A DNA stretch of 64,000 nt from Bdellovibrionales bacterium (GCA_965262715.1 OZ253553.1:2816001-2880000), one strand, 5' to 3'; counted from the stretch's first letter, positions 54,137-64,000 are shown. Numbers and translations: made by a program. The notes: generated from the sequence alone by a model not told the origin.

Positions 54137-54320
54137 ATTTCCTTAACATTGTGTTAAAAGATGAAAGGAGTCTGTTTACTCAAAATAAACCAACCTCTGG
54201 TTGCTTTCTGGCAATGACCCTGACGGCTAATGCCCTCAGCAAATAGGCCATTACCTAGAAAGTCCGTTTATTTTGAGTAGGCAGATATTCCTCATTTCTT
54301 TACATCATGTTAAGGGAATC
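54137..54320. repeat. head-to-head fusion of a plus-strand element leader with a full minus-strand element (copy I)
   Basis: TTCCTTAACAT-type termini face inward from both ends; junction in the outer stem. Confidence 0.8.
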
Positions 54321-54518
54321 GATTAAACTTATTTCTAAACTAATCTCATAGAACCTTCTACGTTCTCTATTACTAGATTTAGCAGAGCCTTCAGCCAGGT
54401 TTAATACAATGCTAAGTATAGCTCTTTGGAACTGATTTTTTATTGGTCCTCTTAAGCTTAAATTGTTAGATTTACGATAGAGTTGGGTTGCTAAGTAATA
54501 AGTTTTGAATTTTTTCAT
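54300..54518 (-). CDS. four-helix-bundle protein (23S rRNA IVP / TIGR02436-like), C-terminus apparently truncated by the element
   Basis: FKTYYLA, NQFQRAILSIVLNLAEGSAK, RRRFYEISL. Confidence 0.8.
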   Translation of the reverse strand: MKKFKTYYLATQLYRKSNNLSLRGPIKNQFQRAILSIVLNLAEGSAKSSNRERRRFYEISLEISLIDSLNMM

Positions 54519-54535
54519 AAAAAGAAATAGAAACA

Positions 54536-54605
54536 TTTTCCCTAACATGTATGTAAAAAGTGAAAGGAGTCTGTTTACTCAAAATGAACGGATTTTTGAG
54601 GCAGT
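54536..54605 (+). repeat. 5' half of a structured element (copy J), divergent from the four-helix-bundle gene
   Basis: TTCCCTAACATG...CTCAAAATGAACGGATTTTTGAGGCAGT, then breaks off. Confidence 0.85.
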
Positions 54606-54658
54606 GACGGATGAATTGTTTTTTTAGAAAAAACAGGGAAAAATCTTTGAAAGCCTTG

Positions 54659-54754
54659 ATTTAATATTTTAAGCCAAGCCTCGAAGTCCTCGAGCCGTCG
54701 CTTAGACAGCGATGGCTCTGCGGAAGATCTCGTCTTTGGCTTAAAATATTAAAT
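54659..54754. repeat. second palindromic mini-element
   Basis: 19-bp perfect IR ATTTAATATTTTAAGCCAA; inner GAGCCGTCGCT/AGCGATGGCTC. Confidence 0.75.
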
Positions 54755-55139
54755 TTTAACTTGCTATAAAGATTTGAGATGATTTGTTAATAAGAGAGAG
54801 TATAGGAGGTGAGCCAGTGAATGATTTCCTTAATTTGTGTTAAGGAAAATGTTTTCGTTTCTTTTTATTATGCAAAAACTCAGAACAGATCCAGTTTGCC
54901 AGCTTTACCTATATCTTTTTAGGATGCACCCACAAATAAGGGACAAAAATTGTAAGCGCATTACAAAAACTGTAAGCAAGAATATTGCTTAAAACGTTAT
55001 TTTTTTAGCTTATGAATCCTTAAAGTTAATTTTAATCTACTTTCACCAAAATTTGTGACATGAATGAAATTGGCACGAATTTTGGAGTAATAAACAATAA
55101 AGTGATCTAATTATGAAAAACTAAGATAAGGATTTAATA

Positions 55140-56012
55140 ATGATGGAAATATTGAATAGATTAAAAAAACAATCAAAGAAATACTCTAATAAAGTATGTT
55201 TTCTCACTAAGTATGCTGCGTGTTGTTCCTTCCTACTTTTATCAGCTTGTACCTCCGCGCCAACTCCAGAAGAAATCACTGCAAAAGTTTATGAAGAATA
55301 TGGCACAACGCCAATGGCTATAAACAACCTTTCTAAAGGTAAAAAATTACTACCTATTTATGAAGCTGTTAAAAGAAATGATAATGAGGCTGTTAAAACA
55401 TTCTTACAAAATTCAAGGGTCAACCTCTATATCAAGCCTTCATTGCTTATAAGAGCTGCTTACAATGGTAATATAGAAATAGTATCTCAACTTTTAGGAA
55501 AAGGTGTTAGAGTTAATGAACAAAATCATCATGGTGAAACAGCTCTTATTATTGCAACAAGAAAACAACATGCTCGTATTGTAGAAATGTTATTGGAAGC
55601 AGGAGCTAAAACAAATATACAAAATAACAAGGGTACAACAGCACTGATGAAAGCTGTTCTTTCTGGAAACACTCAAGCTACAAACTTGTTATTGAAAGCA
55701 AGAGCTAATCGTAACATACGCAATAATTTCAATAGAACAGCATTGATTTATGCAGTTGCTAAAGATCATGAAGAAATTGCTTTAGAATTGATACAGCCGG
55801 GTATTGACTTAGATGTAAAAGATAAAAAAGGCAATACAGCACTGATTTATGCAGCACAAAACGGCAACCTAAATATTCTTCAAAAACTTATTCAAAATGG
55901 CGCAAGAGTTGAGCTTAACGACAAAGATAAAACAGCTCTTAAGCTAGCAGCTATGAAAGGACACACTAACATCGTTAAGTCTCTCATACAGGCAAATACA
56001 AAAGATTTCTAA
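55140..56012 (+). CDS. ankyrin-repeat lipoprotein
   Basis: LLSAC lipobox; repeated GxTALxxA motifs. Confidence 0.92.
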   Translation: MMEILNRLKKQSKKYSNKVCFLTKYAACCSFLLLSACTSAPTPEEITAKVYEEYGTTPMAINNLSKGKKLLPIYEAVKRNDNEAVKTFLQNSRVNLYIKPSLLIRAAYNGNIEIVSQLLGKGVRVNEQNHHGETALIIATRKQHARIVEMLLEAGAKTNIQNNKGTTALMKAVLSGNTQATNLLLKARANRNIRNNFNRTALIYAVAKDHEEIALELIQPGIDLDVKDKKGNTALIYAAQNGNLNILQKLIQNGARVELNDKDKTALKLAAMKGHTNIVKSLIQANTKDF

Positions 56013-56059
56013 GAAAAACTCTGTCTTATGTTGCTTACTTACAGCTGCAAATACAGATC

Positions 56060-57154
56060 TTACAATGTAAGGTCTGTATTTGTTTTTCGTAATTGGCCTT
56101 GCAGTTGACCACAAGCTGCATAAATATCTCGTCCCATTGTTTTTCTTAATAAAACATGAGCCCCAAGCTCTATAAGCTTTCTCTGAAATGCTAACACGGC
56201 TGTGTCAGAAGGTCTTTCAAAACCTGAATCAGGATGTTCATTAAAAGGAATGATATTGATCTTACATGGAATACTTCTTGTAAGCTTTCTTAATCTAATA
56301 GCATCTTCCAAACTATCTGTTACACCTTTTAAGAGCACATACTCAAAAGTAACTTTATCTTTAGTCTCTCTTGTATATTCCTTGCAGGTTTTTAACAGCT
56401 GGGTCATAGAGTATTTACGGTTAATAGGCATGATCTGAGAGCGTATCTCCTCTGTAGTAGCATTTAAGCTCACTGCTAATCTCACACCTAATTGAGCTAT
56501 CTTTGAAATATGAGGTACAAGTCCTGACGTAGATACAGTGATTCTTTTTTTGGAAATATTATATCCCCAATCTGATGTCAAAATTTCTATAGCCTTACAA
56601 ACAGCCTCTAAATTATCAAGAGGTTCACCCATACCCATAAACACAATGTTCGTTATCTTTTTAGATTGGTTTTTTATATGGCCAACTGTTTTACTAGTAT
56701 GTAAGGAATGATCTGACTTAAGAAGAGCTAGTGAAGCCAATAGATATTGAGCTACAATCTCTTCTGCTGTTAGACGTTTTAAAAGCTTCTGCTTAGCTGT
56801 AAAACAAAATTTGCAACCTAAATTACAACCTACTTCAGAAGATAAGCAAAGAGTTAAACGGTCCTCTGAAGGGATTAAAACAGTCTCAACACTTTTATTA
56901 TTTCCTGCGCTTATCAGAAACTTTTCTGTACCATCTTGACTTTTTGACCTATGGAGAACTTGTGGCAATTGAAAATCTAAGAGACCTGAAATATCAGCTC
57001 GAAAAGATTTTGATAAGTTTGTCATATCATCTAAGTTTAATACATGTTTTTGATAAACCCACTTAAAGATTTGCTGCGCTCGATAAGATTCTTTACCTAA
57101 GCCTTTTAACAAATCACTTAAATCTTTTAAACTTAGAGATAAAACATGAGGCAT
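56060..57154 (-). CDS. rlmN: dual-specificity RNA methyltransferase RlmN
   Basis: GCNLGCKFC, FMGMGEPL, IYAACGQL. Confidence 0.96.
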   Translation of the reverse strand: MPHVLSLSLKDLSDLLKGLGKESYRAQQIFKWVYQKHVLNLDDMTNLSKSFRADISGLLDFQLPQVLHRSKSQDGTEKFLISAGNNKSVETVLIPSEDRLTLCLSSEVGCNLGCKFCFTAKQKLLKRLTAEEIVAQYLLASLALLKSDHSLHTSKTVGHIKNQSKKITNIVFMGMGEPLDNLEAVCKAIEILTSDWGYNISKKRITVSTSGLVPHISKIAQLGVRLAVSLNATTEEIRSQIMPINRKYSMTQLLKTCKEYTRETKDKVTFEYVLLKGVTDSLEDAIRLRKLTRSIPCKINIIPFNEHPDSGFERPSDTAVLAFQRKLIELGAHVLLRKTMGRDIYAACGQLQGQLRKTNTDLTL

Positions 57155-57155
57155 T

Positions 57156-57575
57156 TTAAAATACCTCACTATGATCAAGTGCCTGGTTGGCAAGCCTGTC
57201 TGCTTCTTGATTTAAATTTCTGGAGATATGTTCTAGTTGAAAGCTTTCAAATTGACTTAATAATTGTTTGCATTTTTTAAATAAAGGAATGAGTGTTGCC
57301 TTTTTAACACGATACGCTCCTAATAATTGACGGATTAAAAGCTGACTATCACTTTTGAGAATCACCTCAGAAACTTGATTGTCGAAAGCTATCTGAAGTC
57401 CCTTAACTACAGCCATATACTCTGCAAAATTATTGGTCTGGTGCCCTAATGTTTCCCCAAATTCAGTGCACACATGACCATCAAGGTCAGTAATATAAAC
57501 ACCAATTGATGCAGGTCCAGGATTACCTCGAGAAGCTCCATCTGTATAAATAAACACTTTATTAGGCCATTTCAT
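57156..57575 (-). CDS. rnhA: ribonuclease HI family protein
   Basis: YTDGASRGNPG, TNNFAEY, SDSQL, NQEADRLAN. Confidence 0.9.
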   Translation of the reverse strand: MKWPNKVFIYTDGASRGNPGPASIGVYITDLDGHVCTEFGETLGHQTNNFAEYMAVVKGLQIAFDNQVSEVILKSDSQLLIRQLLGAYRVKKATLIPLFKKCKQLLSQFESFQLEHISRNLNQEADRLANQALDHSEVF

Positions 57576-57797
57576 AAACTCTTAACATCTCTTTAATCTA
57601 ACAAAAATGCAAGTAAAAAATAGAGCTATTATGCAAAACTTTTTCTTTGCACTTCTCTGATTTTTATGTAATTCTACTTTGAGTATTTTATTAAAGGCAG
57701 GGATCTTGGATAATATCAATGTTGTTGAAGAGCCAAAGCATTAAGTAAAAACTGGAAAATAACACTCAATGTTCTTTTCCTTACTGTTGCTGTATTT

Positions 57798-58580
57798 GTG
57801 GTCTATTATGAGATCATAGATTATATGGAACTTAAAACTACAAGTGCCCTTTTTATAGGGCTTCCAATGCTTATTGGGTTACTTGTGGTTAATCTCACTC
57901 GTACAAGAGATACATTCGAAATGACTGTGAAAGTCACTGTTATTATTCTATGTCTTGTGGCACCACTTTTAGGTGAAGGAAGTATATGTATTTTAATGAT
58001 GGCTCCAATCTTCTTAGGAATAAATTTGATACTCGTTTTAATATATCAAAGCATAAGAAATAAATATTTGATGTGTTTCATAGTATTTTTACCTTTTTTT
58101 ACAGGTTTTATTGAAAAAAACTCACTTATACAGGAACAAGAATTTTTAAAAATGACAACAGAAACAATTGTCACAGGAACATTTGAAGAATGGCAGAACA
58201 AAATCAGTAGTTCCACTTATATATCAAAAAATGTTCCAATGTTTCTTAATCTTGGTTTTCCACTGCCTACTAAGATATCGGATCACAACTCTCAAATATT
58301 AATAAACTTTGACAAAGGAGGTTTTTGGGATGTTAGTAAAAAAGTAAAAAAGGGCTCAATCAGATATGCTCTCATAAAAGATACTTCAAAGATTAATGAC
58401 TGGATCAAAATCAAAGGCAGTCATGTAGAGATTACCAAAATAAATAATCAAAAGACACTCATTAAACAAACAACGAGTTATTACTCAAAAGTTTTTCCTA
58501 GATGGTACTTTTCTCCTTTTCAAAAACTGGCAGTAAAACAATTACATCAATTTGCTATCTCTTCATGGAAAAAAATATAA
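57798..58580 (+). CDS. membrane protein with SRPBCC-like C-terminal region
   Basis: TM helices, EGSICILMMAP, LGFPLP. Confidence 0.65.
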   Translation: MVYYEIIDYMELKTTSALFIGLPMLIGLLVVNLTRTRDTFEMTVKVTVIILCLVAPLLGEGSICILMMAPIFLGINLILVLIYQSIRNKYLMCFIVFLPFFTGFIEKNSLIQEQEFLKMTTETIVTGTFEEWQNKISSSTYISKNVPMFLNLGFPLPTKISDHNSQILINFDKGGFWDVSKKVKKGSIRYALIKDTSKINDWIKIKGSHVEITKINNQKTLIKQTTSYYSKVFPRWYFSPFQKLAVKQLHQFAISSWKKI

Positions 58581-59999
58581 ATGTCTGAAGTTAAGAATTT
58601 GATCATAGAAAACTTTGCAATCTTTAGACTTCTTTTGTTTCTTTGCTCTTGCTCTTATGCGGTTATTTTATATTATTGGTTAAAACCAAATGCTTTTCAG
58701 TTCCGAGCTGGAATTATGGCAGTTACTGTTCAATTTTGGATAGGAATTCTTTTTAATTATTTATCTGTTGAGCTTGGATTTTGGAAATATCATCAAATGG
58801 GTTTTATGGTTCTAGATGTACCTATCGATATGCACATCGATTGGGCTATTTTGTGGGGATTTGGTATTTGTTGGCTTTCTGAAAGATGGCCAGGCAAAAA
58901 TATGACAATCATTAATTTTTTAATTTATATTCTCTCTTGGACTATTTTCACTTTATTGTTTGATATTGCGATGGTTAACTGGATGGTATTTCTTGAAGAC
59001 TATTCTCACAACTGGTGGATAGCAGATATTTGTAGTCTACTTGCTATTCAAGGGGTCACTGTTTGGTTTTATAAATCTATTAATAAGACAAATCGTCAAA
59101 ATTATGATTTACAATTTTTGCCTGTTATATCTCCTTATATAAGGAGTTTAATTTACCTTTCTTTATTTATTTGTTTGTTTTTTATTTATATTCCTGAACA
59201 AATAAATATTCTAATGAATTATTTTAGCATTAAAATGACAAATTATCATTTTAATGAACTTGCTTATCTCATTCTTTTTATTTCTGTAGCTATTGGAGGA
59301 TGGGCGACTCACGAGTTTGCTAAAAAAGGAGAAGGCACTCCTATTCCTTTAGATGAACCTCATTTTTTAGTGACTTCTGGGCCATATCTTTTTATGTCCA
59401 ACTCTATGCAAGTTTCTGGAATTTTGTTGACCATATCGATTCTTCTTTTTAATTTTAACTGGATAAATTTGATCTATCTTGTTGATGTTATACTTGTTGT
59501 CTGGTTGATATTTGAACGTTTTGAGAGCATACACCTCCATCGAGTTTACAAGGAAGCCTTTCGAAGATACCTTGAGTCAGTTCCTCCTTGGAAGATTAAG
59601 TTTATAGCGCAAAAATTAGATAAAAAGTTAAGACCAACACTTTTTATAGATTCTGGATGTAAAATATGTGTTAGACTTTCTAAAAAGTTTAAGAGATTTG
59701 ACTTTTCTGATAACATCAAGATCAAATCATTAAATGATGTATCTAAAGAAGGCCATTATCACTTAGAGACTTTAGCTAAGTCTAAAACCACTATGATTTT
59801 TATCGAGCCAAGAGTTAGTAAAAATAGCCATCAACCACTTGACTTTCTTTACTCTATAAAAGGAAGGGCTGTTTTAAGATTATTTGGATATATGCCGGCT
59901 CCATTTTGTTTTATAGCTGCCTTTGAAGGAATTCATGGAATTCCTTTATTAACTGATTTATTCTATAATTTTTTTGCAAAAATGCGAAAATATATGTAA
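58581..59999 (+). CDS. polytopic membrane protein with PEMT/ICMT-like domain fused to a DCC1 (DUF393)-like domain
   Basis: GEGTPIPLDEPHFLVTSGPY; FIDSGCKIC. Confidence 0.7.
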   Translation: MSEVKNLIIENFAIFRLLLFLCSCSYAVILYYWLKPNAFQFRAGIMAVTVQFWIGILFNYLSVELGFWKYHQMGFMVLDVPIDMHIDWAILWGFGICWLSERWPGKNMTIINFLIYILSWTIFTLLFDIAMVNWMVFLEDYSHNWWIADICSLLAIQGVTVWFYKSINKTNRQNYDLQFLPVISPYIRSLIYLSLFICLFFIYIPEQINILMNYFSIKMTNYHFNELAYLILFISVAIGGWATHEFAKKGEGTPIPLDEPHFLVTSGPYLFMSNSMQVSGILLTISILLFNFNWINLIYLVDVILVVWLIFERFESIHLHRVYKEAFRRYLESVPPWKIKFIAQKLDKKLRPTLFIDSGCKICVRLSKKFKRFDFSDNIKIKSLNDVSKEGHYHLETLAKSKTTMIFIEPRVSKNSHQPLDFLYSIKGRAVLRLFGYMPAPFCFIAAFEGIHGIPLLTDLFYNFFAKMRKYM

Positions 60000-60226
60000 T
60001 AAGCTATTTCTCAAAAATAGGTTTTGTATTTTGTTTTTACAAGTTAAAAGTTAAGGTAGCAAATCCGTACTACACGTACCACTGTACTACAAAGGACTTC
60101 TGGCAAGTCCGGCAAAGAAGTTCATGGCAACTGTTTGTCGGATTGCCTGAAAAAGTATAGGTAATACAGGAACATTATACTAACACATATAAATATTTGC
60201 GCAACAAAGCTCATCTGATTTATAAT

Positions 60227-62638
60227 TTAGATGGCAACTGGAATTGAGGACTTCCTTTTAAGCCTTGTGGAAGCTAATTTTGTTTTTGCTTTTCTTTCAA
60301 GAGCAACAGCTAAAACTTCATCGATATGCTTAACAGGTATAAATGTTATCTTTTGTCTTAATTCTTTAGGTATATCTATCAAGTCCTTTTTATTTTGAAA
60401 AGGGATAATAACACTCTTTGATCCATGTCTTAAAGCTGCAAGAACTTTATCTTTTAATCCTCCAATAGGAAGAATCCTTCCAGTAAGTGTCATTTCACCT
60501 GTCATAGCAATATCACTTTTCACACTGGTTTCTGTAATCAGAGAGATAATTGCTGTGGCGATAGTGATACCTGCAGAAGGACCATCTTTTGATATAGCAC
60601 CTGCTGGCAGGTGGACATGAATTTCATGATCATCAAACCATTTATCAGGAATACCTAAAGCTTTTGCATGAGCTCTTGTATAGGCAAGTGCAGCCTGTGC
60701 GGATTCTTTCATTACATCTCCCAACTGACCTGTGAGAGTGATTTTGTTCTTTCCTTTCATTTTAAGAGCTTCAATATATAAAATTTCCCCTCCTACAGGA
60801 GTCCAAGCAAGCCCTGTGGCAACTCCTATACGATCTTCATTTTCCATGTCATCTCTAATAAACTTTGCTGGTCCTAAGAATTTGTCAATGTTATTTGATT
60901 TGATAACATATTTTTTATTTTTTTCACCTTTTACAATTTTCGTGGCTATTTTACGACAAATACTCTCAATTTCACGTTCTAAATTACGTAAGCCGGCCTC
61001 TCTAGTGTAATCAGAAATCAATGTTTGGAGTCCGCCATCAGTAAATTCTATGTTTTTCTTCTTATCAATACCATGAGCTTTTAATTGCTTTTCAATAAGA
61101 TGTTTTTTAGAAATTAATAATTTTTCTTGTTCAGTATATCCAGATAAGTTAATGACTTCCATACGATCTCTTAAAACTTTAGGGATGTTTTCTAAAACAT
61201 TTGCTGTTGCTAAAAACATCACCTTGCTTAAATCAAAATTCACATTTAAGTAATGGTCTCTAAAAGTATGATTTTGTTCAGGATCTAAAACTTCTAAGAG
61301 CGCAGCACTTGGGTCTCCACGAAAGTCATTTCCTAATTTATCTATTTCATCTAGAACAAAGACAGGATTTTTAGATTTGGCATTTTTTAAAGCTTGTATA
61401 ATCTTTCCAGGCATAGCTCCTACATAAGTACGTCTATGACCTCGTATTTCTGCTTCATCTTTTACACCACCTAATGAGACACGTTCATATTTTCGTCCCA
61501 TAGCTTTGGCAATACTCTTACCTAAAGATGTTTTACCGACTCCAGGAGGACCTGCAAAACACAAAATAGGACCTTTCATATCCTCTTTGAGTTGTCTAAC
61601 AGCCAGAAATTCTAAAATCCTCTCTTTGACTTTTTCGATAGCATAATGATCGGTATCTAAAAATTGACGAGCATGTTCAATATTCAAATTATCTACAGTT
61701 TCATGTTTCCATGGTAGTTCAATACACCAATCAATATATGTTTGAAGAATGGAGTTTTCACTAGCATCTGGGTGTGTCTTAGAAAGTCTGTGTAGTTGCT
61801 TGAGACATTCTTTTTCAACATCCTCAGGCATTCCAGCTTTTTTAATGCTTTCACGCAGTTCATCAATATCTTCACCTTTATAATCGACTTCTCCAAGTTC
61901 ACTTTTAATGGCTCGTAATTGTTCACGTAAGAAATATTCTTTCTGTGTTTTACTCATTTCGTCCTTTGCCGTATTTTTGATTTTTTCTTGCATGGATAGA
62001 ACTTCTAATTCATTTTTCAGATGTTCTAAAACTATCTTTAATCGATCTGCAGGATTCTCTGTTTCTAATATTTTTTGAGCATCTGGCACTTTAAGATCTA
62101 GGTTACTAGCAACTAAGTCGGCTGTTCTTCCTGGGTCAACTACATCATCAAGAACTAAAAGAATATCTGGTGAAAAGACTTTCCCATGAGCAATGATTCT
62201 TTCTAAAAAATCTTTTAAGTTTCTCATAATAGCTTCAGCCTCTAAATCGTGGCTCATGTTTTTATTTTGCTCCTTTTGAAAGCATTCTACTTTAACTTCT
62301 AAATGAGGTTTTGTATGAATATATGAAGTGATTTTTCCTTTAGAAATACCTTGTATAAGTATTTTAATTCGACCATCTGATAACTTACGCATTCTTGTGA
62401 TCATACCTACAGTACCTACACTAAATATAGATTCAGGCACGGGGTCTTCGTCTATCATATTCTTTTGAGACGATAGAAAAATCAGTCTATTTCTAGAAAG
62501 AGACTCTTCTACAGCTTTTATAGAAGATTCACGTCCTATAAAGAGAGGTAAAATCATATAAGGAAATATCACAATGTCTCGGACAGGTAATAAAGGCATA
62601 TTTTCAGAAATCTCTATATTTGAGTCATCAAATATCAT
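60227..62638 (-). CDS. lon: Lon protease
   Basis: GPPGVGKTS, KDGPSAG, PIGGLKDK. Confidence 0.98.
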   Translation of the reverse strand: MIFDDSNIEISENMPLLPVRDIVIFPYMILPLFIGRESSIKAVEESLSRNRLIFLSSQKNMIDEDPVPESIFSVGTVGMITRMRKLSDGRIKILIQGISKGKITSYIHTKPHLEVKVECFQKEQNKNMSHDLEAEAIMRNLKDFLERIIAHGKVFSPDILLVLDDVVDPGRTADLVASNLDLKVPDAQKILETENPADRLKIVLEHLKNELEVLSMQEKIKNTAKDEMSKTQKEYFLREQLRAIKSELGEVDYKGEDIDELRESIKKAGMPEDVEKECLKQLHRLSKTHPDASENSILQTYIDWCIELPWKHETVDNLNIEHARQFLDTDHYAIEKVKERILEFLAVRQLKEDMKGPILCFAGPPGVGKTSLGKSIAKAMGRKYERVSLGGVKDEAEIRGHRRTYVGAMPGKIIQALKNAKSKNPVFVLDEIDKLGNDFRGDPSAALLEVLDPEQNHTFRDHYLNVNFDLSKVMFLATANVLENIPKVLRDRMEVINLSGYTEQEKLLISKKHLIEKQLKAHGIDKKKNIEFTDGGLQTLISDYTREAGLRNLEREIESICRKIATKIVKGEKNKKYVIKSNNIDKFLGPAKFIRDDMENEDRIGVATGLAWTPVGGEILYIEALKMKGKNKITLTGQLGDVMKESAQAALAYTRAHAKALGIPDKWFDDHEIHVHLPAGAISKDGPSAGITIATAIISLITETSVKSDIAMTGEMTLTGRILPIGGLKDKVLAALRHGSKSVIIPFQNKKDLIDIPKELRQKITFIPVKHIDEVLAVALERKAKTKLASTRLKRKSSIPVAI

Positions 62639-63276
62639 GGGGTGTTTTCTCCTCGTCTTAATTTTTGTTTCATCAATATCTAGGGTATTCTTAAATTTAC
62701 TTAAAGCTTATGCTTCTTATAAAAATATTCGGAGCATATAAAGGATGGCTTAACCTCAAAAAGACCTAAAAATAACTAAATGATGATTTGAAAATAGAAC
62801 ATAGGTATAGAATAGAAGCTATTACTGTTTTGATGTAAATCATTGAAGTTACAAATTATTTCTTATTAAGTCTTTTTTGGCATCTAGCAAAATGGACTTG
62901 GCATGATCATTCTCATTCTCATTCAATCTTACATTTGCAAGCACTTTATACTGAATACCAGATGAAATAAGAGTTGTAAAAGCTAATGATAAGGATGAAC
63001 AGAGGCTTGTCGCACGAATCTGACCTTAGGGCAATGGTTTTGAGGTTTAGGAAATAAAGTGAAGACTCAGCTCAATTAGGCAGACTGACAGCAGCCCCAG
63101 ACAGGTGCTGCCAGTTTATGAGACTGTATTGATTACTTGAGAAGTGTTTGTAATGTATTGGCACACTTATTTATAACAAATTCATAGTTTTTGAGATGGC
63201 TTCTATATTATGAGCTACAAGTCTTAGTATATATAAGCAGTTACAAGCGATGTTTGTGCAATAAGGTTGTTGAAAT

Positions 63277-63651
63277 CTATCCAATGTATTGCCTTTGAAC
63301 AGATTCTCTCATCTCTGCTCCTTCAACACTCATTCTTGCCCAAGGAATAGCATGTAATCTTGCAGCGTCAATAGGTTCCTCTGTCTCTTCACAGATACCA
63401 TAAGTCCCTTTGGCAATTTTTGCTAAGGCGTCTTCTATTTCATGAAGCTGATGTCTTGTTCTCTTTTGGGCGTTGACAACTTCTGATTCTATAAGGCTTT
63501 TTACAGCTTGATCTGTTTCATCTCCACCCTTTTCTATACTGTTTTTTTGCAATTTTTCACGATTAGAACGTGACATATTCATCAATTTTGTTTTCTTTTT
63601 CAATAAATTTTGACGGCACTCTTCAATAAATTCCGCAGAATGAACAGTCAT
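63277..63651 (-). CDS. dksA: TraR/DksA family regulator
   Basis: GDETD coiled-coil tip, GTYGICEET, RLHAIP. Confidence 0.85.
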   Translation of the reverse strand: MTVHSAEFIEECRQNLLKKKTKLMNMSRSNREKLQKNSIEKGGDETDQAVKSLIESEVVNAQKRTRHQLHEIEDALAKIAKGTYGICEETEEPIDAARLHAIPWARMSVEGAEMRESVQRQYIG

Positions 63652-64000
63652 GATTTTCCCCTTTTTTTTAAAAACATATTTATTATTTATACTTTTGGTT
63701 TGTGACAAGGTGTCTTATAAGATTGGTTAATTATTTATTAAAATTAAATTATCATAGCTATAAAATAAAAAATCAATTTCTATATCTTTCATCTAAGATC
63801 TTTGTAGTGAAAGCATAAAAAATCATAAAAACTATTAGATAATCGGGTTTTTACAAAAAATCTTTACTAAAAAAACATATTTATTATGAAGATTTCTTAA
63901 TAAGGTATGAGGCAAATAGCCTGCCCAAGCTGTCATAAAGTTAGACGTCTATATATTATTATGACATTCTATTTTAACATTTACTCCTCCTTCGTCTATA

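Noticed and set aside
54300..54548. Diversity-generating retroelement
   Set aside because: Avd-like fold only; no reverse transcriptase or adenine-specific TR/VR pair seen
55070..55086. sigma54 promoter before the ankyrin gene
   Set aside because: Good -24 (TGGCACG) but GG instead of GC at -12
62990..63120. Riboswitch or ncRNA between dksA and lon
   Set aside because: Only one short hairpin; no recognisable family motif
63277..63420. DksA lacking the four-Cys zinc finger as a novelty
   Set aside because: Zinc-independent DksA variants are already known

Overview
AT-rich bacterial chromosome segment, probably Bdellovibrionota (inferred from FQNC-type secreted proteins and the style of the T2SS, DksA and sigma54 genes). 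Housekeeping blocks (glmU, split transketolase, S10 operon rpsJ-rpsQ plus rplN, dcd, recG, gspD-gspE, rlmN, RNase HI, lon, dksA) are interleaved with mobile DNA: one IS3, two IS1634 with very long flanking duplications, one IS1595, Rpn fragments, a DUF433/DUF5615 toxin-antitoxin pair, an Eco47II-like RM pair and two giant Cys-rich repeat genes. The main unexplained signal is a ~150-bp non-coding element with about 18 full and several partial copies. Its four-stem fold is kept by compensatory base changes, G-U pairs and GNRA-type loops. It forms tandem arrays in which the 3' end of the host gene is re-duplicated in every unit (rpsQ x4, gspE x8+), replaces the anticodon of a tRNA-Pro, sits at or near operon breaks, and flanks a four-helix-bundle (IVP/Avd-like) gene. 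No reverse transcriptase, cas gene or cognate transposase is visible. All calls are by eye; no searches were run.
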